64,000 nt of DNA from Eledone cirrhosa (lineage: Eukaryota), in assembly GCA_964016885.1 (NCBI GenBank), contig OZ024745.1, positions 111,290,001 to 111,354,000 of the forward strand, read 5' to 3'. Numbering within the stretch: the stretch's first letter is position 1; every line of letters starts with the position of its first letter. The notes under the pieces are model-generated. The model made no database searches, had not been told where the DNA came from, and worked only from the letters and a program-made list of their open reading frames with translations. Shown here in pieces: positions 1 to 14,384 of this stretch. The translations under genes were made by a program, and so were the position numbers.

Positions 1-194
1 CATGTGGGTGTCTCAGGGTCTTATATTGTTGGTGTGTGTGTGTGTGGCTGTGAGTTCTTTGTTTTTGTGCATGTGTGTGTGCCAGTGAGTGAGTGTGTTT
101 ATCTATTTTCATGTATATGTTGTGTGAGTGTGTCTACACATGTGAGTGAAGGTGACTTTTTTCTATTGTTTCTATATATGCATGTGTGTGTATG

Positions 195-235
<41 letters not shown>

Positions 236-1639
236 ATATAAGTGTGTGTGAGAGAGAGAGAGTATACATACATACAGATAGACATTATATGATCATTACG
301 TCAGGAGTGTTGTTGGTTTATTTTATTTTTACAGTCTCTTTTATGGTAGGCATATGGATTTTATCCCAGCATAATTTTATATAAGAACCATATGTTATGT
401 TGCAAATACTGTCTTAATAAAATAATTATTATAAATTCTTCATTAATCAATTAATTTTATTGGAAATGTGCTAATGAAAGATCTAAGTCTACCACACATA
501 GACAAATAAGCTTTACTAATACTTATCACTAATATGGAATATATATTCTACAAATTTATTTCTATTTTTTTAAGATATAAAGATAGGTAAAATAGTAAAA
601 TTCTTTGTAAAACCTTGAGGATCAACAGTATTTTCAGAATATCTTGCTTTACTAACAAAAAGAATCAAATCTTTAGTGTAGCTGGTAGCTCTACATGGTT
701 GTGAGTCATGAACTTTAAAGGCCTCTGGCTTGAAACGACTGAGGGCATTAGAAATGTCATGCTATAGGCAGTAATTCTGAATATGCTTATTTAAATTTAA
801 AATTTAACTTCTACAATTTTTGCTCCCCAAGTACCATTTAGGACACTGAAGTAAACTGCTATTTTTCAGAGGTTTATAAAGGCATAATTTTACTTCTGTT
901 TCTAGTTACCCCAGATTAGTCCAATTTGTAAAAATCTATGATTAAATGCATTCCAGGTACAATGACTCAACCTATCGTTTTTCTAGGCACTATACACCAC
1001 AGACCACATTCTACAATATGTTGATATCTTTCTAAGAGTGTATGCTGTGATATGAGCCCATGTTTGGCTGCTATTTCTTTCAGTTTCAACAACTTCATAG
1101 AGGCACCCTCATTGACTTCATTACTTTAATCTTTTTACATACCAGTTGATTTGTTTCGAACATGTCTCCCTTCCGTTTTAACACTGAGTGAATAATTGTT
1201 TTTACTTTTGGCATAAGGCCAGCAATTACCCCAGTGCATTACTGGTGCTTTGTTTTATCAATCCTGTAAGGATGAAGGCAAAGTTAACCTCGACGGGATT
1301 TGAACTCAGAACGTAAAGGGCCATAACTCTATTCTACAAAGCATGTTGTCCGACCCTCTATCAATACCACGAATCCACCACCCTTAATTGAATGATGCTA
1401 GCAAGACATATGATCTAAAACAATAAGAAAGAACATGTCTAAATATTTAGATGTATGTCTGAGTCTATCAAAGTGTGCCAAGTTTACAGTTAATGTGAAT
1501 AGTTGCATCAATATGTGCATGAATATGAAAATATCGACAACCTTAATACTTGCATTTATAAAGGAATAAGAATATATTGCTGTGTGAGCATTTATAAATG
1601 AATCAACATCATTGTTTTTATGTTCGTTTTTCCACACTC

Positions 1640-2060
1640 ACATGGTCCTTTTCAGCACGGTATCTCTCCACTTGTCGTGTTCCTTCGTCATTTCCTCTAT
1701 GAGTCTCAACGATTTGAGATCAGCTTTCACCATCTCCACCCACGTTTTCCTTGGCCTACCTCAACTGCGGCTTCTTTGCACTGGGATTTCATGGCACTTC
1801 TTCACCCAACGATCTTCATCTATGCACATCATATGTTCGTACCTACATAGTATTCTCTTTTGCACACCACTTCAGATTCCTCTTAAATCCAGTTTCTCCC
1901 TTAGTTCTGCTTTTCTATCACATTTACATTGAACATCCAACAGAAAATGGTAGCTTCATTTCTCTCCAGCCTACTCATGTCCTCTTCAGTTACAACCCAT
2001 GTTTCACTACCATGCAGCATCAAACTTCACTGATAGGCATCATACAGCTGTCCTTTTTTA
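1640..2060 (-). mobile_element. Decayed RTE 3' fragment (a similar one lies at ~17560-17870, minus)
   Basis: Reverse complement resembles 35000-35360 (GRPRKTWVEMVKADL). Confidence 0.65.
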
Positions 2061-3174
2061 CATGAATGTATGTTTATTTAAAATTTTAAAGTACTACCAA
2101 CGAAAGAAAGTAACAATTATTTTGAATAGTCAGCAGAAGCATTAAATATATTTTCTTTTAATCTCCTTATGACAAACCATTTCCTGAAAATTTGCCTTGG
2201 TGACCTACGTCCTACCAACCTACCAACTTTGATTCCACAGGTGACTTCTCTCTTTTACCAATCCCTACTTAAGAAGACAGCAAATGTTATTGTTATCCAA
2301 TATTATTGTTGCTGACTTTAAAGTATTAAAGAAGCATGAAGGTTTTGAGTAAATTGAGATGAGGTGGGCGGTGGATCAAAGAGAATAGAAAACTAAAAGC
2401 TTTACCATCAAAGATAGAAAGAGAAAGCAAGAGAGAAAGAAACAGACAGTCAAACAACAACATCATTTCAATAGTTGTCCCATTCCATGTTCTCGGTTTG
2501 AAGTATGTGGTTGATCTATTTTGGCAGCAGGCTGTCATCTGATGGTGTAAACACCTAGGGTGTCTTGCAACCAAAAGGCACAAAAGTTAAAAGGAAACAA
2601 AAAATCCAATAAGAATATTGGTATTTTGCACAGTGGGTGCAGTCGAAAACTGAAGACAGTGATAGAGAAACAAAGATGATAAAAAGAAACACTAACAAAC
2701 AAACAAAAAATTACAGATTACATCTTAACATTCTGTTTATACATGGAAAAACAAATCAGTTTTGCTGAAACCCTAAGTCAATAACTATAGCACTTCTTTA
2801 CTATAACATTACTACCATAAACTTAACTGATATGATGAACAGTGGTAGTTTTAAGTCAATAAACAACCTATAGAATCTTGTTTTGATTATATATTTTCTA
2901 GGTTTCTGAGTCATTGAGTTGAATTTTTCTACAGATGAAAATGCATATAACAAGTATTTATTCCTGTATGTGGTGGTACAAAATACAAAGCTGTAGCTGG
3001 TCGTGTGTACACACACACACACACACGGTGTGTATATAAGGTATATATGAAAGTATTAATATGCACACATACACACAGACACACACAATATTAGGTGTAC
3101 ATATATATACACACACACACACACACATATGGTATATATATATATATAAAAGGTATATATGATAAAAAGTTTTA

Positions 3175-3216
<42 letters not shown>

Positions 3217-3499
3217 GGTATATATATATGGTGTATATGATATAGTGTTTTAATAATTCTTTGTTATTGTTATGTATGAAGTTAGATATTTAAAAAAACT
3301 GTGCATTATTTACATTTGCTGAACATCAACAATATTTTCATATTCACTTTGTGGTCCATTTTTCATGTAACAGCATGGTTTACATATATTTGTACCAATA
3401 CAGCATAAAACATCCATTTTTCCTTGTTGTTATATACCAACAAAGAAAAATGGATGTTAAATAATGATTACACACACATATGTGTGTGTATGTATGTAT

Positions 3500-3737
3500 A
3501 TTTGCTCACTATAAAAGCTTCATGGCTTTATATCTGGAGATCTCTCTGCACTTGTCGTCACATGGTACCATGGGCCCAGCACTATGTGTCACTAATTGTC
3601 ACAAGTGTAGTGTTTGTACCAGAGTTTTCAAGTCGCTGGCTGGACTAAGAAGTCACACTCGTTCAGCGCATGGGTAGGGGTTCTCCTACATGGATATAAA
3701 GTAGTGGCCATACTCGAAAACGAGTTGGCAGCCACCA
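3500..3737 (+). mobile_element. LINE 3' end encoding a terminal C2H2 finger; second copy at ~29607-29910 (minus)
   Basis: HKCSVCTRVFKSLAGLRSHTRSAHG* followed by a short UTR and (TA)n; near-identical inverted copy at 29.6-29.8 kb. Confidence 0.7.
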
Positions 3738-4205
3738 TATATATATATATATATCATTATAATTCTCCCCCTCACCTATCACACATACCCAAACATACCC
3801 AAACATTCCTTCTAGAAAAACCACCAATCAAAACAAACTAAAACTGACCACCATAAATGATTGTGAATCGTTATATACAGTTTCAAAACCCTTTGAGATT
3901 CATTCTGTCATTACTACAACAGAAGTTCGACAAGCTTTTGATTCCAGAGTCAGGCCAGATTGATATCGATCGAACCTTGAGCTGATCAATAGCGAAACAC
4001 GCATCACTACTCAATAAACGTAATAAAGACCTAACAAATCGTCATTTTTATTATTAATATGTGTGTATGTGTGAGTGTGTGTGTATACATAATATACATA
4101 CACACACATATATATATACACACACATATAAAATAGAAAACAGAGTTAAGAGCTCACATTAATACCCTGTAATTATTGAGCTCAAAGTATCAAAACTGGG
4201 CTCTT

Positions 4206-4501
4206 TATAATATAATATATAGAAATAAACACACAAAGAAGAGTGTTTTGAATTACATGGGTTGAAAACCACTTTGGTGCAATGCATATAATCTACGAAA
4301 AAATGGAAAATACCCGGAAATAACCGGAAAAAATTAATTGAAATGTACTAACCATTTCAATAACTATTAAACTAATGGACAAACTACAGATAGAGTTTGT
4401 TTCGCCCAAAATTAGTGGCTGTGTCACATAATCCCAGGGTTTCTCAACAAGTAATTCAAAACACACTTCTTTGTGTGTTTATTTCTATATATTATATTAT
4501 A
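4206..4501. mobile_element. TA-flanked inverted-repeat element with a decayed hammerhead-like half
   Basis: Arms ...AGAAATAAACACACAAAGAAGAGTGTTTTGAATTAC / GTAATTCAAAACACACTTCTTTGTGTGTTTATTTCT. Minus strand 4375-4429 has GAAAC AAACT..AGTTT GTC but no intact CUGANGA. Confidence 0.6.
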
Positions 4502-4534
4502 TACACACACACACACACACACACATACATACAC

Positions 4535-4593
<59 letters not shown>

Positions 4594-4753
4594 CAAATTA
4601 TATATATATATATAATCAAATTATATATATATATATATAATCAAATATACAGATGGAAAAATTAGATTTTAAATCATTTTTTAAATGTTTATGTCTGTCT
4701 TTCCACTATTTTTTTTCCCTTAAAAAAATCCTATTTCTAAACTGTTTGGCAAT

Positions 4754-5031
4754 TATTTACTACCATATAAAATACTCCACATAAATTTTTTAGTTATATA
4801 TGTTTTTACCTTTGCTATATATATATATTTAAATCCTTCTATTTTCTCCGGATTACTTTTGAAACTACAACTGGAACCGTCGAGCAAACCCTACATGAGC
4901 TGTCCATCTACTGTGTGTAATATTCATATTACAACACTACGGATAATACTATATATTTATATATATATAACAAAGGTAAAAACATATATAACTAAAAAAT
5001 TTATGTGGAGTATTTTATATGGTAGTAAATA
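4754..5031. mobile_element. Inverted-repeat (MITE/fold-back) element
   Basis: ~65-bp arms TATTTACTACCATATAAAATACTCCACATAAATTTTTTAGTTATATATGTTTTTACCTTTG and its reverse complement ending ~5031. Confidence 0.7.
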
Positions 5032-5162
5032 TATATATATATATAGCAAAGGACTTGAGGGTGGCCAACCGGGGTAGAAGCTGCTAAATGTTCGGTCGCC
5101 CTCATGTTTCTGATTTTCAGCCCCATGGATTTTGTCTATTATATTCCTTTGTTATATTTTGA

Positions 5163-5220
5163 ATACCTGATGATGTCACCGGATTCATACTGAACCCGGT
5201 CATTGAAATGATCATAGTAT
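5163..5220 (+). ncRNA. Type I hammerhead ribozyme (minimal, palindromic stem III) in a TA-flanked element ~5046-5270
   Basis: ATAC-CTGATGA-TGTCACCGG..CCGGTCATT-GAAA-T-GATC-A-TA^-GTAT. Stem I ATAC/GTAT, stem III region ATGATCAT is palindromic, AATAAA immediately after (5221-5226). Confidence 0.8.
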
Positions 5221-5277
5221 AATAAACCTTTTAAGGAATTACACCAGTCCAGTATCCTGTTATTTTATAATATATAT

Positions 5278-5620
5278 GGAGGTACATGGCTTAGTGGTTA
5301 GAGCATTGGCCTTGCAATCGAAAGGTTGTGAGTTCAATTCTCAGACCGGGTGATGTGTTGTTTCCTTGAGCAAGACACTTTATTTCACATTGCTCCAGTT
5401 TACTCAGCTGTAGAAATGAGATGATAGGGACTGGGGTCCATATCATTCCACTGCAAAGTGGTCGTGGAGGTGCCACGGCAAAAAAAGCACCCAGCACTCA
5501 CTGTAAATGAGGTTGGTGTTAGGAAGGGCATCCAGCTGTAGAAATCAAGCCAGAATCAGTTCCCGTCCCACCCTTGCAAGCAGGGAAAAGGGGACATAAA
5601 ATGATGATGATGATGATGAT
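5278..5620 (+). mobile_element. tRNA-derived SINE family 1 with RTE-type 3' tail
   Basis: A box TGGCTTAGTGG, B box GAGTTCAATTC; 3' end CCCTTGCAAGCAGGGAAAAG..GGAC.TAAAA(TGA)n shared with the LINE end at 35365-35410. Confidence 0.88.
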
Positions 5621-6182
5621 GATATATATATATATACACGGACAGGGTGGCCGTGGATTTTGTGGGATTTCTACACAAGTGACCCTTAGAGTCTCCTCAC
5701 CTTTGGGGAATTTTTTAGGTTTGTTTTAAATGTTTACTTTCTTAGTCACGGTTATAAATTTTATTTTACACAAAGAAAAACGCACACTGTATCATCCTGT
5801 ACCATCTTTAATGTTTTCTTAATGTGAGCCCTGTGTGGTTAATAAAGAAATTATTATTATTTTGCATATGTTTTTCTATGCTGACATTTTATCGACCCTG
5901 TAAGGATGTATAGGTTATTACAAATAAACCAAGTCAGATGGGCTGGGATAACATATTTTACTCAATAAGTTCCATTGACGCATAGAGTTACGGCCCTTGC
6001 CGTTCTGAGTTCAAATCCCGCCAAGGTTAACTTTGCCTTTCATCCTTACGGGGTGGATAAAATAAAGTACCAGTAATACACTGAGTAATTGCTGGCCTTG
6101 TGCCAAAAGTAGAAACAATTATATATATATATATAAATTTATATATATATATCATCATCACCTTCCACGCTAGCATGGGTTA

Positions 6183-6452
<270 letters not shown>

Positions 6453-6454
<2 letters not shown>

Positions 6455-6815
6455 GCACATTGGCTTAGTGGTTAGAGCATTGGGGGCTTGCAATCAAAAG
6501 GTTGTGAGTTCAATTCTCGGACTTGAGCAAGACACTTTATTTCACATTGCTCCAGTTTACTCAGCTGTAGAAATGAAATGATAGGCACTGGGGTCCATAT
6601 CAATCCACTGCAAAGTGGTCGTGGAGGTGCCACAGCAAAAAAAGCACCCAGCACTCACTGTAAATAAGGTTGGTGTTAGGAAGGACATCCAGCTGTAGAA
6701 ATCAAGCCAGAATCAGTTCCTGTATGAGCAAGACAAGGTCAGCTGACAGGACACTGGTCACAACAGGATAACCCATGCTAGCGTGGAAGAACGGACGTAA
6801 AACGATGATGATGAT
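6453..6815 (+). mobile_element. SINE family 1, alternative-tail variant
   Basis: Same head and body; tail CCATGCTAGCGTGGAAGAACGGACGTAAAACGATG. Confidence 0.85.
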
Positions 6816-8102
6816 CATCATACACATACATACATATATCATAGTATGTCAGTAATAGAAACCCAGTATGGAGCCAGGTTAAACCTATCTTCGAGATATG
6901 TTACAGTCAGTCTACTTAGATATTTATGTCGTTTATAAGTGACTATTCACATTAAAGGAGCTATCTTAAACAGTATGATATCAATAAATAACACCAATTC
7001 TTTCATACCGCAGTGAAAGATTATGGATCTCATAAACGAGACCAACAAGACCACCATTATCTAAAACAGATGTGCACATATGCATCTGGGTATGTGACTA
7101 GTGAGAGAGGGAGAGAAATATTATATTATATCATATCTTATTTTGTTAATATGGTTACACCTGTGACTTTGAAGACTTAGGATTCATTCGAAGATTGAAA
7201 AATATATATGAAATGCAATATATTTTAAATTAGAGATGTCTCCCCCCCCCCCCATCTGTTTCAATAGGTAATAGTATGTTCTACATGTTAATTCCTCCAT
7301 GTTATTTCACAAACTATCAAATCAGGTATGCCACATGTTTCTGTTATGTTTTCCTGCCACATAATCTGCTTGTTGCTACCTCCAATCATATACATTTTTT
7401 GCACTGAAGTAGGATCCACATATAATGTAAGTATCTCCCGCCAGACACACATTTCTATTTCTATCAGCAGAAAATTTGGAAACATCTTTCAATGGGAACA
7501 TGAAAGCATTGAATAACACTAAATAGACTGTCAATGTACATATATATATCAATGAGTAACACAGCTATAACATTAATGAACAAAGAGATAAAACTTTCTA
7601 ACCTTTTACAGATGTTAAACCTCATAAATTTTATGATCTTTTGTGATGATCACACTCTATAACATAGTCCTGACTGAATCCAAAGTGTTAGGCTTCTTTT
7701 TCAAATCCAGAAACTACTTCAACTTAGAACAATTGCTGATCTTCTACAAGGCATATATGTGTGTATCCCTACCTACATATCCTAGATCATGCATGGTGTC
7801 TCTATTTACATATCCCAGATCACACATGTCCCTAATTACACCATTGCAGATCATATATGTCCCTATCTACACACACACATTCTAGATCATACATCTGTCC
7901 CTACCTACACCATCACAGGTGATACATCTGGGAGGATGCAGCTGCTATATACAGCACATCTTATGACTGTATAACAGAATGTCATATGAATAATAGACAA
8001 ACATTCACTTAACAATACACTATAGCCATTAGTTCACTAAGGTGTTATATGCCCCCCCCCCCTTTTTTTTAACTGTTACTATAATCGTTTCTGTTACATT
8101 AA

Positions 8103-8329
8103 CCCTTTAGCATTTAAACCGGCCATATTTGGTCAGAATTCTCTCACCTCTTTCTGTTTAAACCAGCAGTAACTAGCTGCTCATACTGGTGTTAAGGTAT
8201 TGTTTACGAAATAAATAATATCAAAATCTCATAGATTCCATATCCATATTATGTGGGATAATTATGTGAAATAAAGTGTTTACTGTGAAAATATAATAGT
8301 AAATATAGAGTAATGTAAATGCTAAAGGG
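8103..8329 (+). mobile_element. piggyBac-like MITE (~225 bp)
   Basis: TTAA|CCCTTTAGCATTTA...TAAATGCTAAAGGG|TTAA. Confidence 0.88.
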
Positions 8330-10407
8330 TTAAGCTAGTAATCCTGGGAAACCCTCTACAGGTATTGAACTGCAGAGGTTAATACTGCATATTAATTGTA
8401 TAAACCTCACTTGTCTGGGAAGGCCTGCAAAGCCTATGTATGATCTCTGCCCTTTGTAAATTTGGTGTAAACCTTATTTAAGTCAACCAAGAAATTTACA
8501 GAATTAATAAACCCATAGTAATGAGAAATAGACCATTATCTATGATGAATTCTGGTCAAGAAAAGTAGGGAAGATAACTCTGTTATTAAAAATTGTTTAT
8601 TTGTAAATTATTTTGTTATATTATAATTTTTTTATTTATAAAACGCTAATCAAAATCAAAATATATGGAATGAGAATATTAAAAAAATTCCAACAAAGTT
8701 CTGAATATTACTGTAAATGTGCATAAGTGACTTTGTTGTGTGTGTGAGGGGGGGGGGGGGGGGAGAAAAAATAGGAAACTTAGGTTAAGAATTATTTTTC
8801 CCCCCCTCTCTTGTTTCCATAAAGCTAGAAAATGAAACGGTCACTTCGATTTACTTAAAACAAAAGAGCTGTTGTTGCAAGTAGTTTAGTGACACTTCCC
8901 AACAGACATATAAATAGTTTTATAAACATTTCATCTTGTTACAATATCCAAGTAGATGGCAATGTATTCATCTGTGATATTGATTTAATATTCACTGTTT
9001 CAACAACTCTCAATGTTTTCCTGCCCAGTATTATGCAGCTCTATCCCTTACTGTATTTCTGAAATCAGAAATTCCAAAGTTGCTGCTTGGCATATGATTG
9101 CACCAGTACAAGAGGGCTTTTAGGTTCTTGCTTAAATGAGATTTTTGCATTTGACAGCAAGAAATAATTTGATATTTTCAATTGAGATGCTCTCAACCAT
9201 AAACAAAATGATTATCATATAGACTGCTATGTGGCTCCAGGTGATGATTAAAATGCACCACACACACACACACATACATAGATAGATATAAATATATACG
9301 TGATATGGAAGGAGCTGTAGCAATGTACTTTGACGTACAATGTCCCCTAAGATTTTATGGCAGCAGTGTCCAAGAATTCTAAACATCTCAGAAATGAAAT
9401 CAAACATAACCTCTATATATTTTATGGTTGTATGTTTGTAGTAGGTGAACAGAGACTTGTGTATTTATTTGACATCTTAATATATTCTGTTGTGTTAGTA
9501 TTTAGGAAAACCTTTTAGAATTCTTTAGTTCGGGTCATTTTTTTGGAAAACAGCCAATAAACTTTGGCGACAACAAATCTTCTTGCTATCGTTTATTCTT
9601 CTACTTCAAAGACCTAGCTTACAATTCACAACTATGACCTTTAAGTAAATTTAAATCTGTCTTTAATAGTCACCAATAAAATAAATTTTTTTTTATTTTG
9701 CTTTGTTTTGTTTTTCTTCTGATGCCACATACATACACACACACAAATATATATATATATATATATAGTCAAATTCATGTGCCACCAGTTTATAGTTTAA
9801 GTTGAAACTCAAAGAAATATTGAAGTTAATTGAAAACTTAAATTGTGTTTACTATCCAATTATTTACACTATACACTAAGGAAAACAAACATATTTTTTT
9901 CAAATTTACTCTTAACATGAAACAGCAAATCATATTTTCTAAATTTACTCTTAATGTCCTGTCCTACATAAAACAACATTTTTGAAAAGTACAAGTGATG
10001 TGGCTTCATTGCATTAAAATGTTAAATGTTTACTATAATACTGCAAATTTTTGCAATGATCTGTTTACTAGTAAATATACTATAAACATTTGATTTCACA
10101 AAACCATTTTTAAATATTCTCAGATGAATCACCACAGGATGTTAAGAATTAAAAGACAGTTATGAGAAATGATTTTAAAAAAAAATTAAATATGAAATGC
10201 TTCTTTTAATTATAGTTTTGATGTAGAGATAGTTAACATTATTATATCAGTGAATCAGGCACTAACACACTTAATGTAAATAACATGATAACTTAATTAA
10301 TGAAGTCTGTATTTATAACAAGACACTGCCTATGATTTCCAAATTGTTTTGAAAATAATCAAGAATTTTCAAGGATTTAGTAATATAAGCAACTTTTACA
10401 TTATTAA

Positions 10408-10628
10408 CCCTTTAGCATTTACATTACTCTATATTTACTATTATATTTTCCTGGTAAATACTTTATCTCACATAATTATCTCAAATGATATCAAATCTAT
10501 GAGATTTTGATATTATTTATTTTGAGAACAATACCTTAATATCAGTATGAGTGGCCAGTTACAGCTGGTTTGAATAGAAAGAGGTGAGAGAATTCTGCCT
10601 GGATACAGCCAGTTTAAATGCTAAAGGG
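10408..10628 (-). mobile_element. piggyBac-like MITE, nested in an older related element (~10310-10775)
   Basis: TTAA TSD and CCCTTTAGCATTTA TIRs. Confidence 0.85.
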
Positions 10629-11942
10629 TTAAGCTGATGTTTGAAGGACAACATAACAAATATTTTTACATAAAATTATGGTGGAAGGTTTTTAGATAAC
10701 TATAAACATTTAAAAATAAACTGGTTAGTATTGTAGAACCAGGGCTGGTTCCAAGTGGTTTGTAGTCAAAAGGTAACAAAAGAGTAGCAACATAAAATTA
10801 ACCTGGTGACTGCCGCGTATATTTTACACAGTTACAGTTGCTGTGCTGGGGTGGGGCGGTTCAGTAAAATGAATATTTAGATTGACAAACGTCACATTAA
10901 TAAACTAATAACCCCATCTAGCTTTGAAGTTATGAAATGTTGGAAAGGAGTTCAAACATGTTAGGACGAGTTATCTCATCCGTGGCACTGGAATGCATAC
11001 ATACATGTTAGGACAAGTTATCTCATCTACGGCACTGAAGAGGTTAAAACAATATTTTTCTGAAATAGGCTGATGCACCAGTTTCAATTAATTAAAAATG
11101 AAAATAGGCAATGTGGTGAGGGGAAGAATATTCTGACCTTTAGCAAACATAATGATAACTACAAAATTATTTGAGTCTTCTTTGACCTTTTCAGTGAAAC
11201 CTAGTCATTCAAATATCTATCAGATAGATAAAGAGAGAGGAATATATGCATAACCAGAGCATGATAACAATATAAAGCTCACAGAAAAAACACTGTGATA
11301 CCATCCACATGGAAAACAAATTGTAAATTAGAAGTTTACACAATGTGGCCAACACAGTAAATTTAATTAATCAAGATTATTTTGGTATTGAAGAAAGGGA
11401 AACAATGTTGAGCAATGGTAAGTAATTTATTTTTTAATTAATTACATAGTGTGTGTTTAATTGTGATTAGATTCATTTGTATTTCATAATTACAGTCCTT
11501 AATTGTTTTATACCAAACTACCTGAAACCACTCTTGGTTCTTTGATATGAAGCTGTTTGTTTTAATGGGTTTATATTCATCTAAAACCATCCCTTCATAA
11601 TTTTATGTCAGAACATTTGTTAAGTTATGTTAAATAATGTTAAGTTAAGTTAAATAATGAAAAAGTTAGTTATATTACGAAATCAAAATTATTTAAAACA
11701 CAAAGGCAGTATTTTCCATTAGAAATACCTAATGAAAGGGTTAAAGAAGCAAGCCTGTGGCTTCCAGATCTTTCTACTAAATCTTATTGCACTGAGTGAT
11801 AAGGTTATTGTTCCTAACTAGAAATTGCAATGAAGGAAGAACTTTTAAAAATCAATGTGTCATAAAAAAGGGAGTCAAGACTCTAACCCTTTAGCATTTA
11901 AACTGGCCATATCTGGTCAGAATTCTCTCACCTCTTTCTGAA

Positions 11943-12280
11943 TCAGCACTATCCCTTTACAAAGTGGACTGGATGCATTTGAACATGACACCAGCACTAC
12001 CACTGTACAGAATGGACTGGGTGCAGTTTATTGTGGCATCAGCACTACCACTTTACAGAATGGACTGGGTGCAGTTTATTGTGGCATCAACACCACCATT
12101 TTACAGGATGGACTGGGTGCATTTTATTGTGGCATCAGCATTACCACTTTACAGAATAGACTGAATGTATTTTATTGTGGCATCAGCACTACCACTTTAC
12201 AGAATAGACTGGATGTATTTTATTGTGGCATCAGCACTACCACTTTACAGAATAGACTGGGTATGTTTTAGCGTGACACC
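11943..12280. repeat. Diverged 48-bp tandem array (~7 units)
   Basis: Unit TGGACTGGGTGCAGTTTATTGTGGCATCAGCACTACCACTTTACAGAA. Confidence 0.88.
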
Positions 12281-13556
12281 AAAATCCATTTATATTTATT
12301 TACCAATCAATTCTGGTGACAACTAGTTTATATATAGTAGACACATGTGACAAAACTGACAACTTGATCACTATTGGTTACAAAGAAGGAAAAAGATAAT
12401 TGTAATATCAGTAGTTGGTGAAAATCATAAGTGTTGTGGAAAGAAGAGGTATATTACATTTCATCATTATCATTATCTAAAAGACAAGAGTTGATGATAT
12501 AAAGATAGTTGATGATATAAAGATAGGACGATAAGAAGAAAGAAGTAAAAAAGAATTGATGGAAGAGAGGAGGAGATATGGTTGAAGGAGAAAACGAAGA
12601 CTGCAAGATGATGCAATTTGTTTTGATAGTAAAATTGAATTGATTGTTGCTAAAGAGCTCTTTAGTGAGAAAGGAGACAAATATGACAGTTAATAGAATC
12701 ATTGAAAAACTGAAAGGAACATTTTTTTTTTTTCATTATTGGATATAGAAGAGTATATTTAACTTTATCAATTACAATTAATAAACTTGGCACCGTCTTC
12801 TTGGTGTCTATAAATCTATATACTGTTTGAGTACATGTTAAGCAGCATATTGATATCTTATGCACATCACAATGTTCAAACACTTATAGACTCTGTGTAT
12901 GCAATCTCGTTGTAGTTCTAGTGATGTAAAGACGACCAATTATTGTTAGTAAGTTTAAAATGCACCCAGCCCATGTGTAAGGTTGTGTGTGATTGTAATT
13001 GTTTTATGCCTTTACCCGAAAAAAAAAATGTAGAAGGCATGGACTCCATAAGTTGCATTGAAGGCAGTCTGTCTAGAAAAGATAAATATTAATACAGATA
13101 AGAGAGAGGGCACTAATCCTAGCAGACATCTGTTTCAGTGCTGGTGGAATGACAAAATACATTCAGTTCACATTGTAAAGTTGATAACAATAGAAAAGCA
13201 TCCAAAAATAACCAAAGAAAAACAAACAAACAAAAAAACAGTATATGCAACAAGAGAGATTGGACATTTTTCTCTTTATTGTACAGCAGATGACCAAGGA
13301 CTGTAGTGTAGGACCTATTATATCTATAGCAACGTGGAGAAACAGAAGATAACCCTTTAGCATTTACATTACTCTATATATACTATTGTATTTTTGTGGT
13401 AAAGGATTTATCTTACATTATTATCTCACATAATATCAGATCTATGAGATTTTGATATTACAGCTATTTCTGAGTCTGAGTATTTTACATTTTCTATGAA
13501 TTACATAAATCCTCAGCACTTCAAAATGTCAATGTTTACAAACAATATATTTATCC

Positions 13557-13598
<42 letters not shown>

Positions 13599-13739
13599 TG
13601 CATGCATGTGTGTGGTTTTCTTCTTTTAATCTTCCAGCCTCTTCATTCTCCATAAGTTACTTTTTCCTGATGAAGGACTAATATGTTGAAACATTCTTTT
13701 TCCATATATGTTAATACATATACATACACACACACATAG

Positions 13740-13803
<64 letters not shown>

Positions 13804-14349
13804 ACATACACACACACACACACACACACATACATAATTTATTTATTTGACTAAATTAAATTTTCAATTAAAGAATAGTAATAGAAAAAAAACAAATATC
13901 ACATCACATCAGTAGTTATGAAAATGAGAAGGAAGAATGTTTTCACACTGAGGGAGCTGCACAGTATGTAAACAAACCAGGATAGATACAATACAGAACA
14001 TGCTGATAACCCTCAGAAATAACAGAGTAACCCAAACTGTGACTCAGCAACCCCATATGGTAAACCACTGCATGTCAGAATGCAGAAGGTGACTGTAACA
14101 TGGAGTTAGACTAAAGACACACAAAAACAACATTAACATTCACTGCATATCATATGTTGTAGTTGACACTAATGCATTAAATAAACCTACTGCTGGCAGT
14201 AGCTTCCATTGATTATCATAATGAGACAGTGCAGTTATAGTCAACTATTCTGGTGTAATAGGCTATACTGGGGAGGTAGGTACACCAGAATAGTTGAGTC
14301 TTAGCATGGCCACAATCTGGTGAATGGAACAAGTAAAAGAATAAAAAAT

Positions 14350-14384
<35 letters not shown>

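Noticed and set aside
2466-2560. Possible TGA readthrough/selenocysteine frame GVYTIR*QPAAKIDQPHTSNREHGMGQLLK on the minus strand
   Set aside because: No recognisable homology or SECIS element, and no evidence the frame is coding.
2650-2680. CTGAAGA..GAAAC; also CTGATGA at 50947 and CTGAAGG..GAAAC at 35598
   Set aside because: No supporting stems; consistent with chance matches.
3590-3677. C2H2 zinc finger as a host transcription factor exon
   Set aside because: Single terminal finger in a dispersed repeat with a second copy at 29.7 kb; fits a LINE ORF C-terminus.
5278-5350. tRNA-like sequence with A and B boxes
   Set aside because: It is the head of a multi-copy SINE, not a complete cloverleaf gene.
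8400-8440. GFAGLP.. as the MRPS16 terminal exon
   Set aside because: No polypyrimidine tract and it lacks the conserved PxHP motif.
13667-13692. CTGATGA-AGGACTAATATGTT-GAAAC hammerhead-like core
   Set aside because: Stem II is mismatched and no stem III or stem I partner follows; at best a truncated fossil.
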